In this document: positions 30,253 to 39,488 of the stretch, one piece after another
Layout: each line of letters begins with the position of its first letter
How positions within the stretch are numbered: the first letter of the stretch is position 1
Source of the DNA: an uncultured Phycisphaerales bacterium
Lineage (GTDB): Bacteria > Planctomycetota > Phycisphaerae > WQYP01
NCBI GenBank assembly: GCA_903845195.1
Contig: CAIMWO010000031.1
Location: 69,207 to 133,206 of the forward strand
Length of the DNA: 64,000 bases
Direction: 5' to 3'
Made by a program: the position numbers and the translations under genes
The notes under the pieces: model-generated
What the model was told of the DNA's origin: nothing
Database searches by the model: none
The model's input: the letters and a program-made list of their open reading frames with translations, nothing else

Positions 30253-31446
30253 ATGAAATTGTTGGAAGTGTTCTTGGATGAATCTGGGGATATTAATCGC
30301 GGCGGGCCGATGAACATCACCGGAATCGCGGTCCTAAGTCCAAGCGCCAAGGTTGCACAAGCTTTTCATGCTTCGCTCTACACTGTTCTCAAGCCCGAAG
30401 GCCTGACTTCGGGCCTTTGCGATCAATCAGTCGCCAACGGCTCAACATGGGAAACTGTTCGTGCTCCGCAGGGCTACATCCCCAAGCGGCCGAAATCCGG
30501 CGAATGGCTGCAATTCGAAGGGAAGATATCGCAAGTCGCTCAACGCGCTGACGTCCTAGCTGAACGGCTAGGGGTATGGATCAGCGCCTTTTCCTTGGAA
30601 TTTCGCGCCAGTAACCGGCGAGGGTGGAGCACAAACAACGCCACCGAAGATCTGTTGTTGGATCGCACTTACGGGGAGTGCCTTCAGGATGTACTGGAAG
30701 TCTTGCTTTACGAAACTCCTGGCATCCGAGCCAGTTTATCTGATACAGAGGGTTGTGCCCTGGGGATAGATCTTCCCTCACGTATGCTTGGCGCATCAGG
30801 GGCCGATGCGTCCAGCCAAAGAGCAACTATTCAGCAGATGTGGCGGAATTGGGGTATTGACGCCTGGACAGAGATGGCAGATGACGGCCAAATCCAGGTG
30901 ATGGCCAACACGCTTGGAGCATCCGACGGTGTTGACGTCCTAACCGCAGCGCTCAATCGTCGCAAGAATGCAGATATTGCTTTCATAGTGCAACGAGCGC
31001 GATGCTGCAGGCTTGTGACATGGTCGCAATGGCTGGAGGCTGGGAACCTCCCAGAGCAGTCACGAATATCAAAACAGTCTACCATGATTAATAGCACTCC
31101 CCGCCCGAAGCAGATTCATTATTTGGCTGACTATTTAGCGAATCGCTTATTTCAAGGCAGTATCCAGCCAAACAGCGCTCCCTTCGGAAAGTGGTTTGAC
31201 CGTGGATTCCTTCTCTCAAGCGCGGATGAGCATGCTGGCTCATGGATCGGAGCATCGAGGGCGTTTGCGAATGGCAATCGAGTCGAAGCGATACGAAATG
31301 CAGGTGTCATTTGTGCTGATCCTCAGCATAGAGAGACAAAAACATCTTCCTTTTTTAGACGGGCAGCGCGGGAATGGGCAAAGTCCCTTACAGGAAATGA
31401 CTTCCGGGAACTCTTTGGACTAGCCCCAGGGACGACGAATATCTAG
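30253..31446 (+). CDS. DUF3800-like (RNase H-fold) protein
   Basis: N-terminal VFLDESGD..ITGIAV and C-terminal IHYLADYLAN resemble DUF3800 signatures. Confidence 0.55.
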   Translation: MKLLEVFLDESGDINRGGPMNITGIAVLSPSAKVAQAFHASLYTVLKPEGLTSGLCDQSVANGSTWETVRAPQGYIPKRPKSGEWLQFEGKISQVAQRADVLAERLGVWISAFSLEFRASNRRGWSTNNATEDLLLDRTYGECLQDVLEVLLYETPGIRASLSDTEGCALGIDLPSRMLGASGADASSQRATIQQMWRNWGIDAWTEMADDGQIQVMANTLGASDGVDVLTAALNRRKNADIAFIVQRARCCRLVTWSQWLEAGNLPEQSRISKQSTMINSTPRPKQIHYLADYLANRLFQGSIQPNSAPFGKWFDRGFLLSSADEHAGSWIGASRAFANGNRVEAIRNAGVICADPQHRETKTSSFFRRAAREWAKSLTGNDFRELFGLAPGTTNI

Positions 31447-31454
31447 AGGCTCAA

Positions 31455-32228
31455 ATGTCTTCAACAGTCTTAAATGAATGGCAATATAATCCACCGGAAT
31501 CGGTGGTGGTTGGCTGCGGCTCTTATTCCGCGGCCCTTGCCAGTATTTTGGGGACAGTCCCCCTTCCATTCGACGAACTGCATGCCGGTCCGGAACCAGA
31601 TACTGACGGCAGCTATGAATGCCTTTTGGAAAACCTGAAACACGTGCTCTTGGTAGTCTCAAACGAAATGGCTGCCGCCGAGACGCTCCGATGTCATCAA
31701 TCCTTATGGCGCTGGGTCGAAAAATTATCCTCTGCTGGTTGCCAGCATGATCTGGCCTTTCTATTCGTTCTCCTGGAAAATACTTCCGAACAATACGAAC
31801 ACGCCCTCGCAATCGGCTTGAGCGTCCCCGCTATCCATCCACCAACCACCGGCCATGCCGTCTGGCGGCGGTCAGGGTCACTCCCGGAACTGCTCGACCT
31901 CGTGGCGGCCACCCAATCGATGGACTTACTCCAACTGACGGCCCGCCGGGCTGTCGACATCAAGCGCCTGGCCTTGGCACGGCTACAGTCCGCTGTTGGA
32001 CGGGATGATTTGAATGACCTCCAAGGCGCCGTGCAGGCCGTTTTTCAAACTTTCCGCGGCAACGAATATGAATTCGATCTATTCTGCCGGCCCCCGAGTC
32101 ACCGCAATGGTAATCTTCTTCGCCGATGGCTGACCGTCGCCGTGACCGGAACCGTCACGCAGGATTGGTGGACCACCGGGAAATCTCAGCTTACCTCCTG
32201 GCTAGATGAAAGGCTGCTATCACCATGA
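31455..32228 (+). CDS. Hypothetical protein, possibly degenerate receiver with H-box-like tail
   Basis: Alpha/beta pattern; C-terminal PPSHRNGNLLR; ATGA overlap with the next gene. Confidence 0.55.
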   Translation: MSSTVLNEWQYNPPESVVVGCGSYSAALASILGTVPLPFDELHAGPEPDTDGSYECLLENLKHVLLVVSNEMAAAETLRCHQSLWRWVEKLSSAGCQHDLAFLFVLLENTSEQYEHALAIGLSVPAIHPPTTGHAVWRRSGSLPELLDLVAATQSMDLLQLTARRAVDIKRLALARLQSAVGRDDLNDLQGAVQAVFQTFRGNEYEFDLFCRPPSHRNGNLLRRWLTVAVTGTVTQDWWTTGKSQLTSWLDERLLSP

Positions 32229-33544
32229 GCTCTATTCGGATACTAATCGTTGAGGATGACTCGCAACTGCTACCCATTTTAGCGACTTCCTATCGCAAGA
32301 TCTTCGCGTCCCTTGGCTACGTGGTGACCATTGAGCAAACGAGTAATGTGGCGGACGCAAGACAACTGGCGAAGGCCGCTCATGGTAAACCTTACGATTT
32401 TGTTTCACTCGACGTAAATCTTGGGGACGGCACGCTGACTGGTCTGAACGTCTTGGAAACGTTCAATCGATTTCGATCCGCCTGGATGGTGGCCTTGCTC
32501 ACCGGCGTCGAATCGGACGCGAAGCTGGATGCGACCTTAGGGAGGTCCGAAGCCGAGGATCTTCGCAAAAAGCTTCGCCGGCATGCATACGCGAACTTTC
32601 CAGCGGAACGGCTCATGGTGGTCGAAAAGCCATCCCCGAATGCCGACGACGCGCAGACACTTCTTTCTAATCGGCTAATCCAAATCGCTTTAGTTTACGA
32701 CGAGGTTGCACGCCTTCGCTACGTGTTCCGCCCCATAGAGGTCGCCGGACTCAAGCGCGTCCGGGCGCCCAAGGGAAAGAAGGTGAAGCGCTCGTTCATC
32801 AATACTACCTCGGTGCATTGGCAGATCAGGTTCAATTGTGGCGAAATCAGGACCCTACCAGATATGGCCGGCTTTCAAACTCTCCACCGCTTACTGGCGC
32901 TAGATCGCACCCAGTCGGTTACCCCCGAAGAAGCATTGATGAGTGAACCCAAGACCGAAAAGGCTGAGACCATAAAGACCGAGACGGTCACGCCGGATTG
33001 CGATGCCGATCCGTTGGCTACCTACTTTGAGGCCAAGGGAATCACCTGGAAGGGGCTCCCCCGAGAGGAGCAGGACACGCTGATTCGAGCGGCACTTTCC
33101 CTGCGGATAACGCGATACGTGGAGTTAAGAGAACTGCAGGATGATGAGGACGTCTCGCCTGCCGAAGGAAACGAATTGGATGCAATCAAGAAGGAACTCG
33201 GTCCGCTGGTGGGCGCGGCAGAGCGTGCCTATCAGAGCATTACTGCAATATCCAATCGCCAGAAGGCAGAGGAGGAAGAGGACAAGGACGAGAAATTTGG
33301 GGTGGCAGAAATGTCGGCGGAGGGTCTCCACCTTGAAGGCGGAAACTATGACCGAATCGGAAACGACCGGCGAGGATGGGATTCACCGGGAGGCCAAGCC
33401 TTCCGTGCCAGGATGAAACGCGTCAGGGATTGCCTGCGGGAGAATGGGTTTGACGATTTCGCCACACACATCGAAAAGTCCATCCAGTCCGCCAACGGCA
33501 AGTGGAGTTACAATCAGCCTAACGACATCGAGTGGACAACATGA
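32225..33544 (+). CDS. Response regulator (REC + split wHTH-like output)
   Basis: ILIVEDD, FVSLDVNL, LLTG, VEKP; paralog of 33868-35247. Confidence 0.85.
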   Translation: MSSIRILIVEDDSQLLPILATSYRKIFASLGYVVTIEQTSNVADARQLAKAAHGKPYDFVSLDVNLGDGTLTGLNVLETFNRFRSAWMVALLTGVESDAKLDATLGRSEAEDLRKKLRRHAYANFPAERLMVVEKPSPNADDAQTLLSNRLIQIALVYDEVARLRYVFRPIEVAGLKRVRAPKGKKVKRSFINTTSVHWQIRFNCGEIRTLPDMAGFQTLHRLLALDRTQSVTPEEALMSEPKTEKAETIKTETVTPDCDADPLATYFEAKGITWKGLPREEQDTLIRAALSLRITRYVELRELQDDEDVSPAEGNELDAIKKELGPLVGAAERAYQSITAISNRQKAEEEEDKDEKFGVAEMSAEGLHLEGGNYDRIGNDRRGWDSPGGQAFRARMKRVRDCLRENGFDDFATHIEKSIQSANGKWSYNQPNDIEWTT

Positions 33545-33867
33545 CTGGCGTGATAGCCAGATCAAGTGTTTGGGGCGCAATGCTCGGAAGACCTATCATC
33601 GGTATTGCCTGAAATCCGCTTCTTTTCGCTTTTCATTTTGGTCCGTCCATTTCACCACCCATGCGCCAATGTCCGTTTCGGCGCTGAAGTAATACCCTTG
33701 CTCCTGCAGATGTGATGGGACGATTCGTGCCACTGGGCTGGGCCTGCTGGTTGTTGAAATGGATCCCCCCGTAATGAAATGCAGGGAAACACCTCATTTG
33801 GCAATGCCGATAACAGAAGGGCATTTGACCAATGATGCTCTCAAACTCTTAATCTTAGGATCGCCGC

Positions 33868-35247
33868 TTATGTCGTCCACTCTATGTCGTCGGGTGGATT
33901 ATAGCTCCATTTGGCGCCGGGAGACTGAATAGAGTCTTCGATGTGTTTTGCGAACTCAGCGTATCCGTTTTCCCGCAGGTATTTGAAGACGCGCCCCTTT
34001 CTTTGACGGAAGGCCCAGCCAGCCTTTGACTCCTTTCCACGTCGGGCGGGACCATTAGTTACATCAATCCCGCCCTCCTGCCCGAGACCCTCGACAGCCG
34101 CTACCGTCGCCCCCCCCGGCCGGCGATTCTTGGCGTCCCGCCCGGGAGCTTCTTGTTCAGTATCGTTCTGCTTTCCTGCGGCGGCAGCCCTGCTGCGGTA
34201 TTTGTCCTCGGCAATGGCTGCGAGTGGACCAAAGCCCTTCACCATTGCCTCCAACTCATTTTCTTCGCTGGCCAAGAAGTAGGCCTTGGGGTTCTTATCA
34301 TCCTGCATTTCCCTTAGCTCCATGTATCGCATCATCTTCGGGGAAAGCTCCTCTTGAATCAGCGCGTCCAGAGTGTCAGGCGGAAGCCCATCACAGACGA
34401 TTCCCTTGGCTTTGAAATAGGCGGCCACTCCCCTGGCTACGGAGTTTGCGGCCACGGGCTCTTCATTCGCATCTGGACTGACGTTCTCAGGCTTTTCGTT
34501 TTTGGGTTCTTTCATCAATGCTTCCTCGGGCGTAACCACTTGGTTGCGATCTTGCGAGAGCAGGAGCCGGAGAGTCTGGAAGCCGACCATGTCGGGAAGG
34601 GTTCTCATGTCGCCACAATTAAACCTGATCTGCCAATGCACGGAGGTCGTCTCGATAATCCTGCCCTTCTCCTTTGAACCTTTGGGCGATGGAACGCGTT
34701 TGAGGCACGGAACCGTAATGGGTCGGAACACGTAACGAAGGCGCTCGATCTCTTCATACACATGCGCGATTTGTACCAGTCGATTAGTAAGGCGTGCTTG
34801 TGCCTTTTCTGCCTTGTCTGCATCCTTAAGCAAGGAATCCGGTTTTTCGACGACCATCAGTCGCTCGGCGGGGAAACTCGCGTACGCACGCTGCCGGAGC
34901 GTTTTACGAAGGTCCTCCGCTTCGATGCTCCCCACCGTCTTATCCAAGCTCTCGTCCGATTCCACGCCCGTGAGCAACGCGACCATCCAGGCAGATTGGA
35001 AACAATTCAGCGTCTCCAGGACGTGCAGCCCGTTCAGGGTGCGTTCCCCGAGATTTACGTCTAGGGAAACGAAATCATATGGTTTTCCGCGAGCAGTTTT
35101 CGCCAGTCGCCTCGCGTCCGCTACAGTACTCGCCTGCTCAAAAGTTGGCTTGTATCCAAGATCTGAAAATATCTTGCGATACGACGCTTTTAAAAACGCA
35201 AGCAGATTCAGATCGTCTTCGACAATCAAAATATGGACGGACTTCAT
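33868..35247 (-). CDS. Response regulator paralog (REC + split wHTH-like output)
   Basis: ILIVEDD, FVSLDVNL, LLTG, VEKP; same C-terminus KWSYN.P.DIEWTT; start ATG 35247 after GAAGG. Confidence 0.85.
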   Translation of the reverse strand: MKSVHILIVEDDLNLLAFLKASYRKIFSDLGYKPTFEQASTVADARRLAKTARGKPYDFVSLDVNLGERTLNGLHVLETLNCFQSAWMVALLTGVESDESLDKTVGSIEAEDLRKTLRQRAYASFPAERLMVVEKPDSLLKDADKAEKAQARLTNRLVQIAHVYEEIERLRYVFRPITVPCLKRVPSPKGSKEKGRIIETTSVHWQIRFNCGDMRTLPDMVGFQTLRLLLSQDRNQVVTPEEALMKEPKNEKPENVSPDANEEPVAANSVARGVAAYFKAKGIVCDGLPPDTLDALIQEELSPKMMRYMELREMQDDKNPKAYFLASEENELEAMVKGFGPLAAIAEDKYRSRAAAAGKQNDTEQEAPGRDAKNRRPGGATVAAVEGLGQEGGIDVTNGPARRGKESKAGWAFRQRKGRVFKYLRENGYAEFAKHIEDSIQSPGAKWSYNPPDDIEWTT

Positions 35248-35311
35248 GGGAATACCTTCTTTCCATCTAACCAAGAGGTAAGTTGGGTTTATCTCGAGAC
35301 TCATTAATCCT

Positions 35312-35330
35312 GCGTGACAGGGTTGGTCAC
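35312..35330. promoter_or_regulatory. GTGAC-N7-GTCAC palindrome upstream of the response regulator
   Basis: GCGTGAC AGGGTTG GTCAC about 65 nt upstream of the minus-strand start at 35247. Confidence 0.6.
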
Positions 35331-35526
35331 AGTGGCATTCAACCACTTGCAAAGAAGATGACCATCTTCATGGTGGTCGGGCTGTCGACAGTACAGATCA
35401 ACCCCTACAAGGCCGAAGGCGTGCACAATACCCCGCGCGACGGCCTGGATGACTTTTCTCCTAAGTGCTGTATCGTAAGGTGTTAAACGTCGATTGCTCT
35501 TTCGTTCCGCCGGATTGAGATGCAGT

Positions 35527-35913
35527 TTAATTCTTATGAGCGACAACTGGTGGCCTTGGATCAGGGCGAGGGTTTGATGGAAGCGTATTTGGAGGCGATG
35601 GAGCTGGTGCGGGGTTGCCGGGGCGCGTCGTGGGCATACGCTGATTTAGGTCGGAGATGATGTTGTTGAGGATAGTGTCCCGCTTCCTGTCGGCATTGCG
35701 ATGCTGCTCCCAGGCACGAATCACGGGATCCGTTGAGGGCGCAACGGGGGGAATCGTCGATTCCGCGGAATTGGCAGAGGCCCTAGGAGGCGAGATCCAA
35801 CGCGCGACGTTGGCTTTCGAGAGCCCGGCCTCCCACAGGGTTCTGCCGTAGCGGTTCCAGCCGATGATCCCAAGCGCCAGTATGCCAATGATCAATAGCA
35901 GTCGTTTAATCAT
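35527..35913 (-). CDS. Truncated paralog of 19527-20876
   Basis: Highly similar first ~105 aa, then a short Pro-rich tail and stop. Confidence 0.65.
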   Translation of the reverse strand: MIKRLLLIIGILALGIIGWNRYGRTLWEAGLSKANVARWISPPRASANSAESTIPPVAPSTDPVIRAWEQHRNADRKRDTILNNIISDLNQRMPTTRPGNPAPAPSPPNTLPSNPRPDPRPPVVAHKN

Positions 35914-36878
35914 TTCTTCGCCTCCTGAGTCGGATCCACTTCGAGATGCCAGTCTCCACCCGAGTTGACAAGTCTTGCATGCACTTCATCGCCTCCCAGA
36001 CGTCCATATCTCTGCCGAATGCTCTCCCAGTTACTGGCCACCGATGGCTTGAGCCGTATCTGCACATTCACAAAGCGGCCGTCCAGCCCGAAGCCCCTTG
36101 CCGGTAGTTCGCGGTAGAGACCCTCCGGCAACTCTGAAGCCGCCTGCCAAGGGCCCACTGTCACGCCCGCGCGGTTAAACGTCAGGCGTGCGACACGATT
36201 GTCGTGCCCAATTCCATAGAAGACATCGCCGATGGACTTAGCGGCTTCCAACTCGTTATTGGCCGGCCATGTCACACGCAACACCGCCGTGTCTTTACCT
36301 GCGTCGGCGATTTGGGGAGATTGGACTGCTCGCTCATTTTCCCGGGCGGCCTGCTCCTTCGATTGTCGCAGGGGAATATTCTGTTGCTTGGACGCGTCGG
36401 CCTTGCGGTCCGCTTCGGCCTGCAGGTCCCGAGTTGCGCGGAGTGTATTCTCGCTAACCTCGACCTCGTCAACTTTTGCCGGAAGATGCGGCTCCTGCTT
36501 CGCCTGCGCAGGTTGTGAGGATGGGTTCGTGTGTGCTCCTTCCGTAATCGTGCTGTTCTGTGCCCCGCCGAGGCAAAGCAGCAGTGCTAAACAGGTGACC
36601 GCCAGGCTTGCAGTCACCATCCCCCACATCCTGCCGGTGGGAAGACCCCGACATCGCGCTGCACCTGTTTGAAGTCGAGCTGGTGCCGGCACGGTCTCCC
36701 GATACACTTCCTCGGCGGGCGCCATTTGTGCAAGGACTTCACTTAGAGCCTCCGTTGCGTTGGACGAAAGCTTCGGTACACATGCAGTTGCCGCCTTCTC
36801 ATGCCACGACAGATACCAGACTGCGGCGGCCACCGCAGTCACACCCGCCAGTAGAATGATTGTTGCTGCCAGTACCAT
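35910..36878 (-). CDS. Membrane protein with two hydrophobic segments and coiled region
   Basis: GGAGG RBS; ATGA overlap with the downstream gene. Confidence 0.7.
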   Translation of the reverse strand: MVLAATIILLAGVTAVAAAVWYLSWHEKAATACVPKLSSNATEALSEVLAQMAPAEEVYRETVPAPARLQTGAARCRGLPTGRMWGMVTASLAVTCLALLLCLGGAQNSTITEGAHTNPSSQPAQAKQEPHLPAKVDEVEVSENTLRATRDLQAEADRKADASKQQNIPLRQSKEQAARENERAVQSPQIADAGKDTAVLRVTWPANNELEAAKSIGDVFYGIGHDNRVARLTFNRAGVTVGPWQAASELPEGLYRELPARGFGLDGRFVNVQIRLKPSVASNWESIRQRYGRLGGDEVHARLVNSGGDWHLEVDPTQEAKK

Positions 36879-36956
36879 GAGAGATCCTCCATGTCTGTGT
36901 TCATGTAAGAAACCACGGCGGCTTCGCCAGCCGTGGCCCCCTCTCCGCCTTGTGGT

Positions 36957-37976
36957 TTACCTTGCCGCCGCCGGTGCCGGCGACGGCGCCGTCGTCGGCG
37001 TCGGACTCTGAGTTGCTTGGCGTCGCTGTTGCATGTACTTCTGAACCTGGTCGTGGGACGCCGGTTCGATGGCAGTATTGCCATCTTTGGGCGTGAGCTG
37101 GCCTCGGATGGTTTTGAACAGGGTCGCTGCCGCTACCTGACCAGGGTTGGGTTGGCCGCTGCTGTAGGAGGAGCGGATCCGCTCGCTCGTGTCCAGCAAC
37201 CGCAACCCGTTTGCCATCTGGCGATATAGATAGGCGTTGGCAGCGCTTTCCGCCGACAGAACGGCCATCTCCGCTCCCGCCGAGGCCAAGGTGAGGTCCC
37301 AGCCAGCGGTGGAGCCGCCGGCGACGTTGAGGTCCCCCTGTCCGCATATCTGCTTGATGTTGTTCTCTGCTGTCTCCTTCGCGGATAGGAAGATTCCCAG
37401 CTTCTCTTCCGCCACCGCCGCCGCCTGCTTATCGTTGGCTTTTTGCGCTGCCTCAAGCTCATTCGCCGCATCGTCGATGGATGGTTGCAGATTGGAGTCT
37501 GCCATCGCCTGCTGGACGATGTCCCCGGCGCCTTTTCCCGAGCCTGTTTGTGCCGCCATGCCGACGCTCTTGCTGGCTTCCCCAAAGCGCTGGCTGGCCA
37601 CCTTCGCCTGCTGGCTGATGTGCGCATACTGCTCGGCGACTTGCACGGCAGTCTCCGCGGCCTTCTCCCACTCGCGGGTTTTCGGGTCAGCGGCCTTTCC
37701 CAAGGTGTCGAGCAGCGGGTTCAACACATCGTAGCTGATGGCCGCGGCGGAACGCTCCGCTTTATCCAAGTCCCGCTTCGCCTTGCGCACTACCACTTCA
37801 TTGTCGACGTTCCCGGCATCAACGCCGCCGGCCCCAGTATCCTTCTGGTCCGACACCATGCTCTGGCCCGAAACTTCGGGCGTTGCACCGAGTACCGTCT
37901 GGTTCCACATCGGCGAGCACGCCGCGGCAACTGCGAGAGAAATGGTCAGCGAACGAAGAGTCTGTGACATCGTCAT
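36957..37976 (-). CDS. Secreted alpha-helical/coiled-coil protein
   Basis: Signal-peptide-like N-terminus from ATG 37976; Ala/Gln-rich helices. Confidence 0.75.
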   Translation of the reverse strand: MTMSQTLRSLTISLAVAAACSPMWNQTVLGATPEVSGQSMVSDQKDTGAGGVDAGNVDNEVVVRKAKRDLDKAERSAAAISYDVLNPLLDTLGKAADPKTREWEKAAETAVQVAEQYAHISQQAKVASQRFGEASKSVGMAAQTGSGKGAGDIVQQAMADSNLQPSIDDAANELEAAQKANDKQAAAVAEEKLGIFLSAKETAENNIKQICGQGDLNVAGGSTAGWDLTLASAGAEMAVLSAESAANAYLYRQMANGLRLLDTSERIRSSYSSGQPNPGQVAAATLFKTIRGQLTPKDGNTAIEPASHDQVQKYMQQRRQATQSPTPTTAPSPAPAAAR

Positions 37977-38043
37977 GGTAAACCTGCCTTTTTTGTTAGT
38001 GAGATCCGATACGTTGCGAGGAAACATTCCTCGAACCGTTCGT

Positions 38044-38185
38044 CTGTAATATCTGCGTGACAACTTTTGTCGCCGGAGGAAGATTCATCACGACATCCAT
38101 CCTGTAATCCCTGCGTGACAGTTACTGTCGTCGGAAGAATGTTCATCACGACATGCTTCCTGTAATCCCTGCGTGACAGTTACTG
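38044..38185. repeat. Tandem repeat, 58-bp period, about 2.5 copies
   Basis: Units start at 38044, 38102 and 38160 with CTGTAAT..CTGCGTGACA; units 1-2 also share TTCATCACGACAT. Confidence 0.9.
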
Positions 38186-38388
38186 CTGCCGCGAGACCGC
38201 GACTACGGGCGGGGTTAGATCATCTGGACTACACCGGCGAACCCAGAGAGGTCAAGAGGGATCCTTGGAGAGTGTTGATGCCACGCGTGACACATTACGT
38301 AACGCATTTTGGATGGGCAGGCAGCGCAGCCGGCGTACCTCAATCTGCAAGCCATCGATCCACCGAGTGGAAATCAAGTCAAGGAGCA

Positions 38389-38799
38389 ATGCCCATGAAC
38401 GACAAAATTGCGGATGCCATTCTCGTTCGCGTCGAAAGGCAGTTTGGATGGTTTCGAAAAAACGCCATCACCTGGCATGAGTTGATAGGCTATGCCTGCA
38501 ATATGCTATTAGCTAACAAACGGCTTGATCTCGCGGTCCCTGTGGCGCGGATGTTTGCACCATCTGAACAGTTACGCTTGCGGTGGTGGGCCAGAGACAT
38601 TCTCGATCGTTTCGGCGAAACCACACTGGATGACATCACGCCAGATAGCCCCATCTATACTGAGCCGACAAATAAGGATATTACCTCCGGTTGCCATCCG
38701 GCGGCTCTAGCTGAGCTGGCACGGCGCTTTCAGATGGCACTTGCCGAGAACTCGGGAAAAAGCAGGGTCGGGCCATCGGATGATGCTGGAGCTCCGTGA
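38389..38799 (+). CDS. Hypothetical protein
   Basis: AAGGAG RBS before ATG 38389. Confidence 0.6.
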   Translation: MPMNDKIADAILVRVERQFGWFRKNAITWHELIGYACNMLLANKRLDLAVPVARMFAPSEQLRLRWWARDILDRFGETTLDDITPDSPIYTEPTNKDITSGCHPAALAELARRFQMALAENSGKSRVGPSDDAGAP

Positions 38800-38945
38800 C
38801 GAACGCCCACCGTCCTCATCAAGGGTGAACACGGATGCTGGGGCCTGTTGGTCCATCGCAACGAAGATGAGATGACAAGAAGACCACGATCTTAGAGGTG
38901 ACCGTCTTTTACGACAGACCCCAAAGACATGAAAGGAGATGTCAG

Positions 38946-39358
38946 ATGCGTCAGCAAACACCCCTCGAACAACTACACTTACCACCCGAAAAGATCCAGG
39001 CAATCAAAGCCGCGGGCATCACCTGCGTCGAAGAACTGTGTGCCAAACGGCTTACCGAGGTCGGCAACATTGTTGGCCGCACTATCGACGACATCAAGGA
39101 AGTCCGTGTGGCTTTAGCCGAACTTGGCTTGGACATACGGCGGCAATTTGAGGATCCAGCTGGCTCACCCGATATCCCCTCCCGCAAGGCGTTTCGTAGC
39201 CTTCTGGACCGCCTTGATCTGATGCCGCTAACGAGGGAAAAACAACGCTCCATTTACTGATTGTGATTACTCGCAGCGAAGTGTTATGCAGTGTCGAACC
39301 GGAAGACCGCGAGAAGATCGAACGGCTGCTTGAGCTTATGGTTGAGGTCGATCGATGA
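38946..39358 (+). pseudogene. Tandem alphaCTD-like protein, frameshifted
   Basis: LEQLHLP..IKAAGITCVEEL; similarity to the 39489-39899 paralog continues in the -1 frame near the A-run at 39238-39242 to TGA 39358. Confidence 0.7.
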
Positions 39359-39488
39359 CCCTTATGGCTATGTGGCGCAAGCCAGCGAAAAAGTCGCGAG
39401 GGACTTTGCGCAGACTCTCAAGGAGGTTGAGAGAACAAAGCAACGCGATTGAATTGCCAACGGCAAACGTATTGCGAAAGGAGACCAG

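Noticed and set aside
36839-37229. Poly-Arg ORFs
   Set aside because: Alternative-frame readings of the Pro/Thr/Ala-rich tail of 36957-37976.
38044-38185. Possible CRISPR array
   Set aside because: The whole 58-bp unit is conserved with no unique spacers, there are under three copies, and no cas genes are present.
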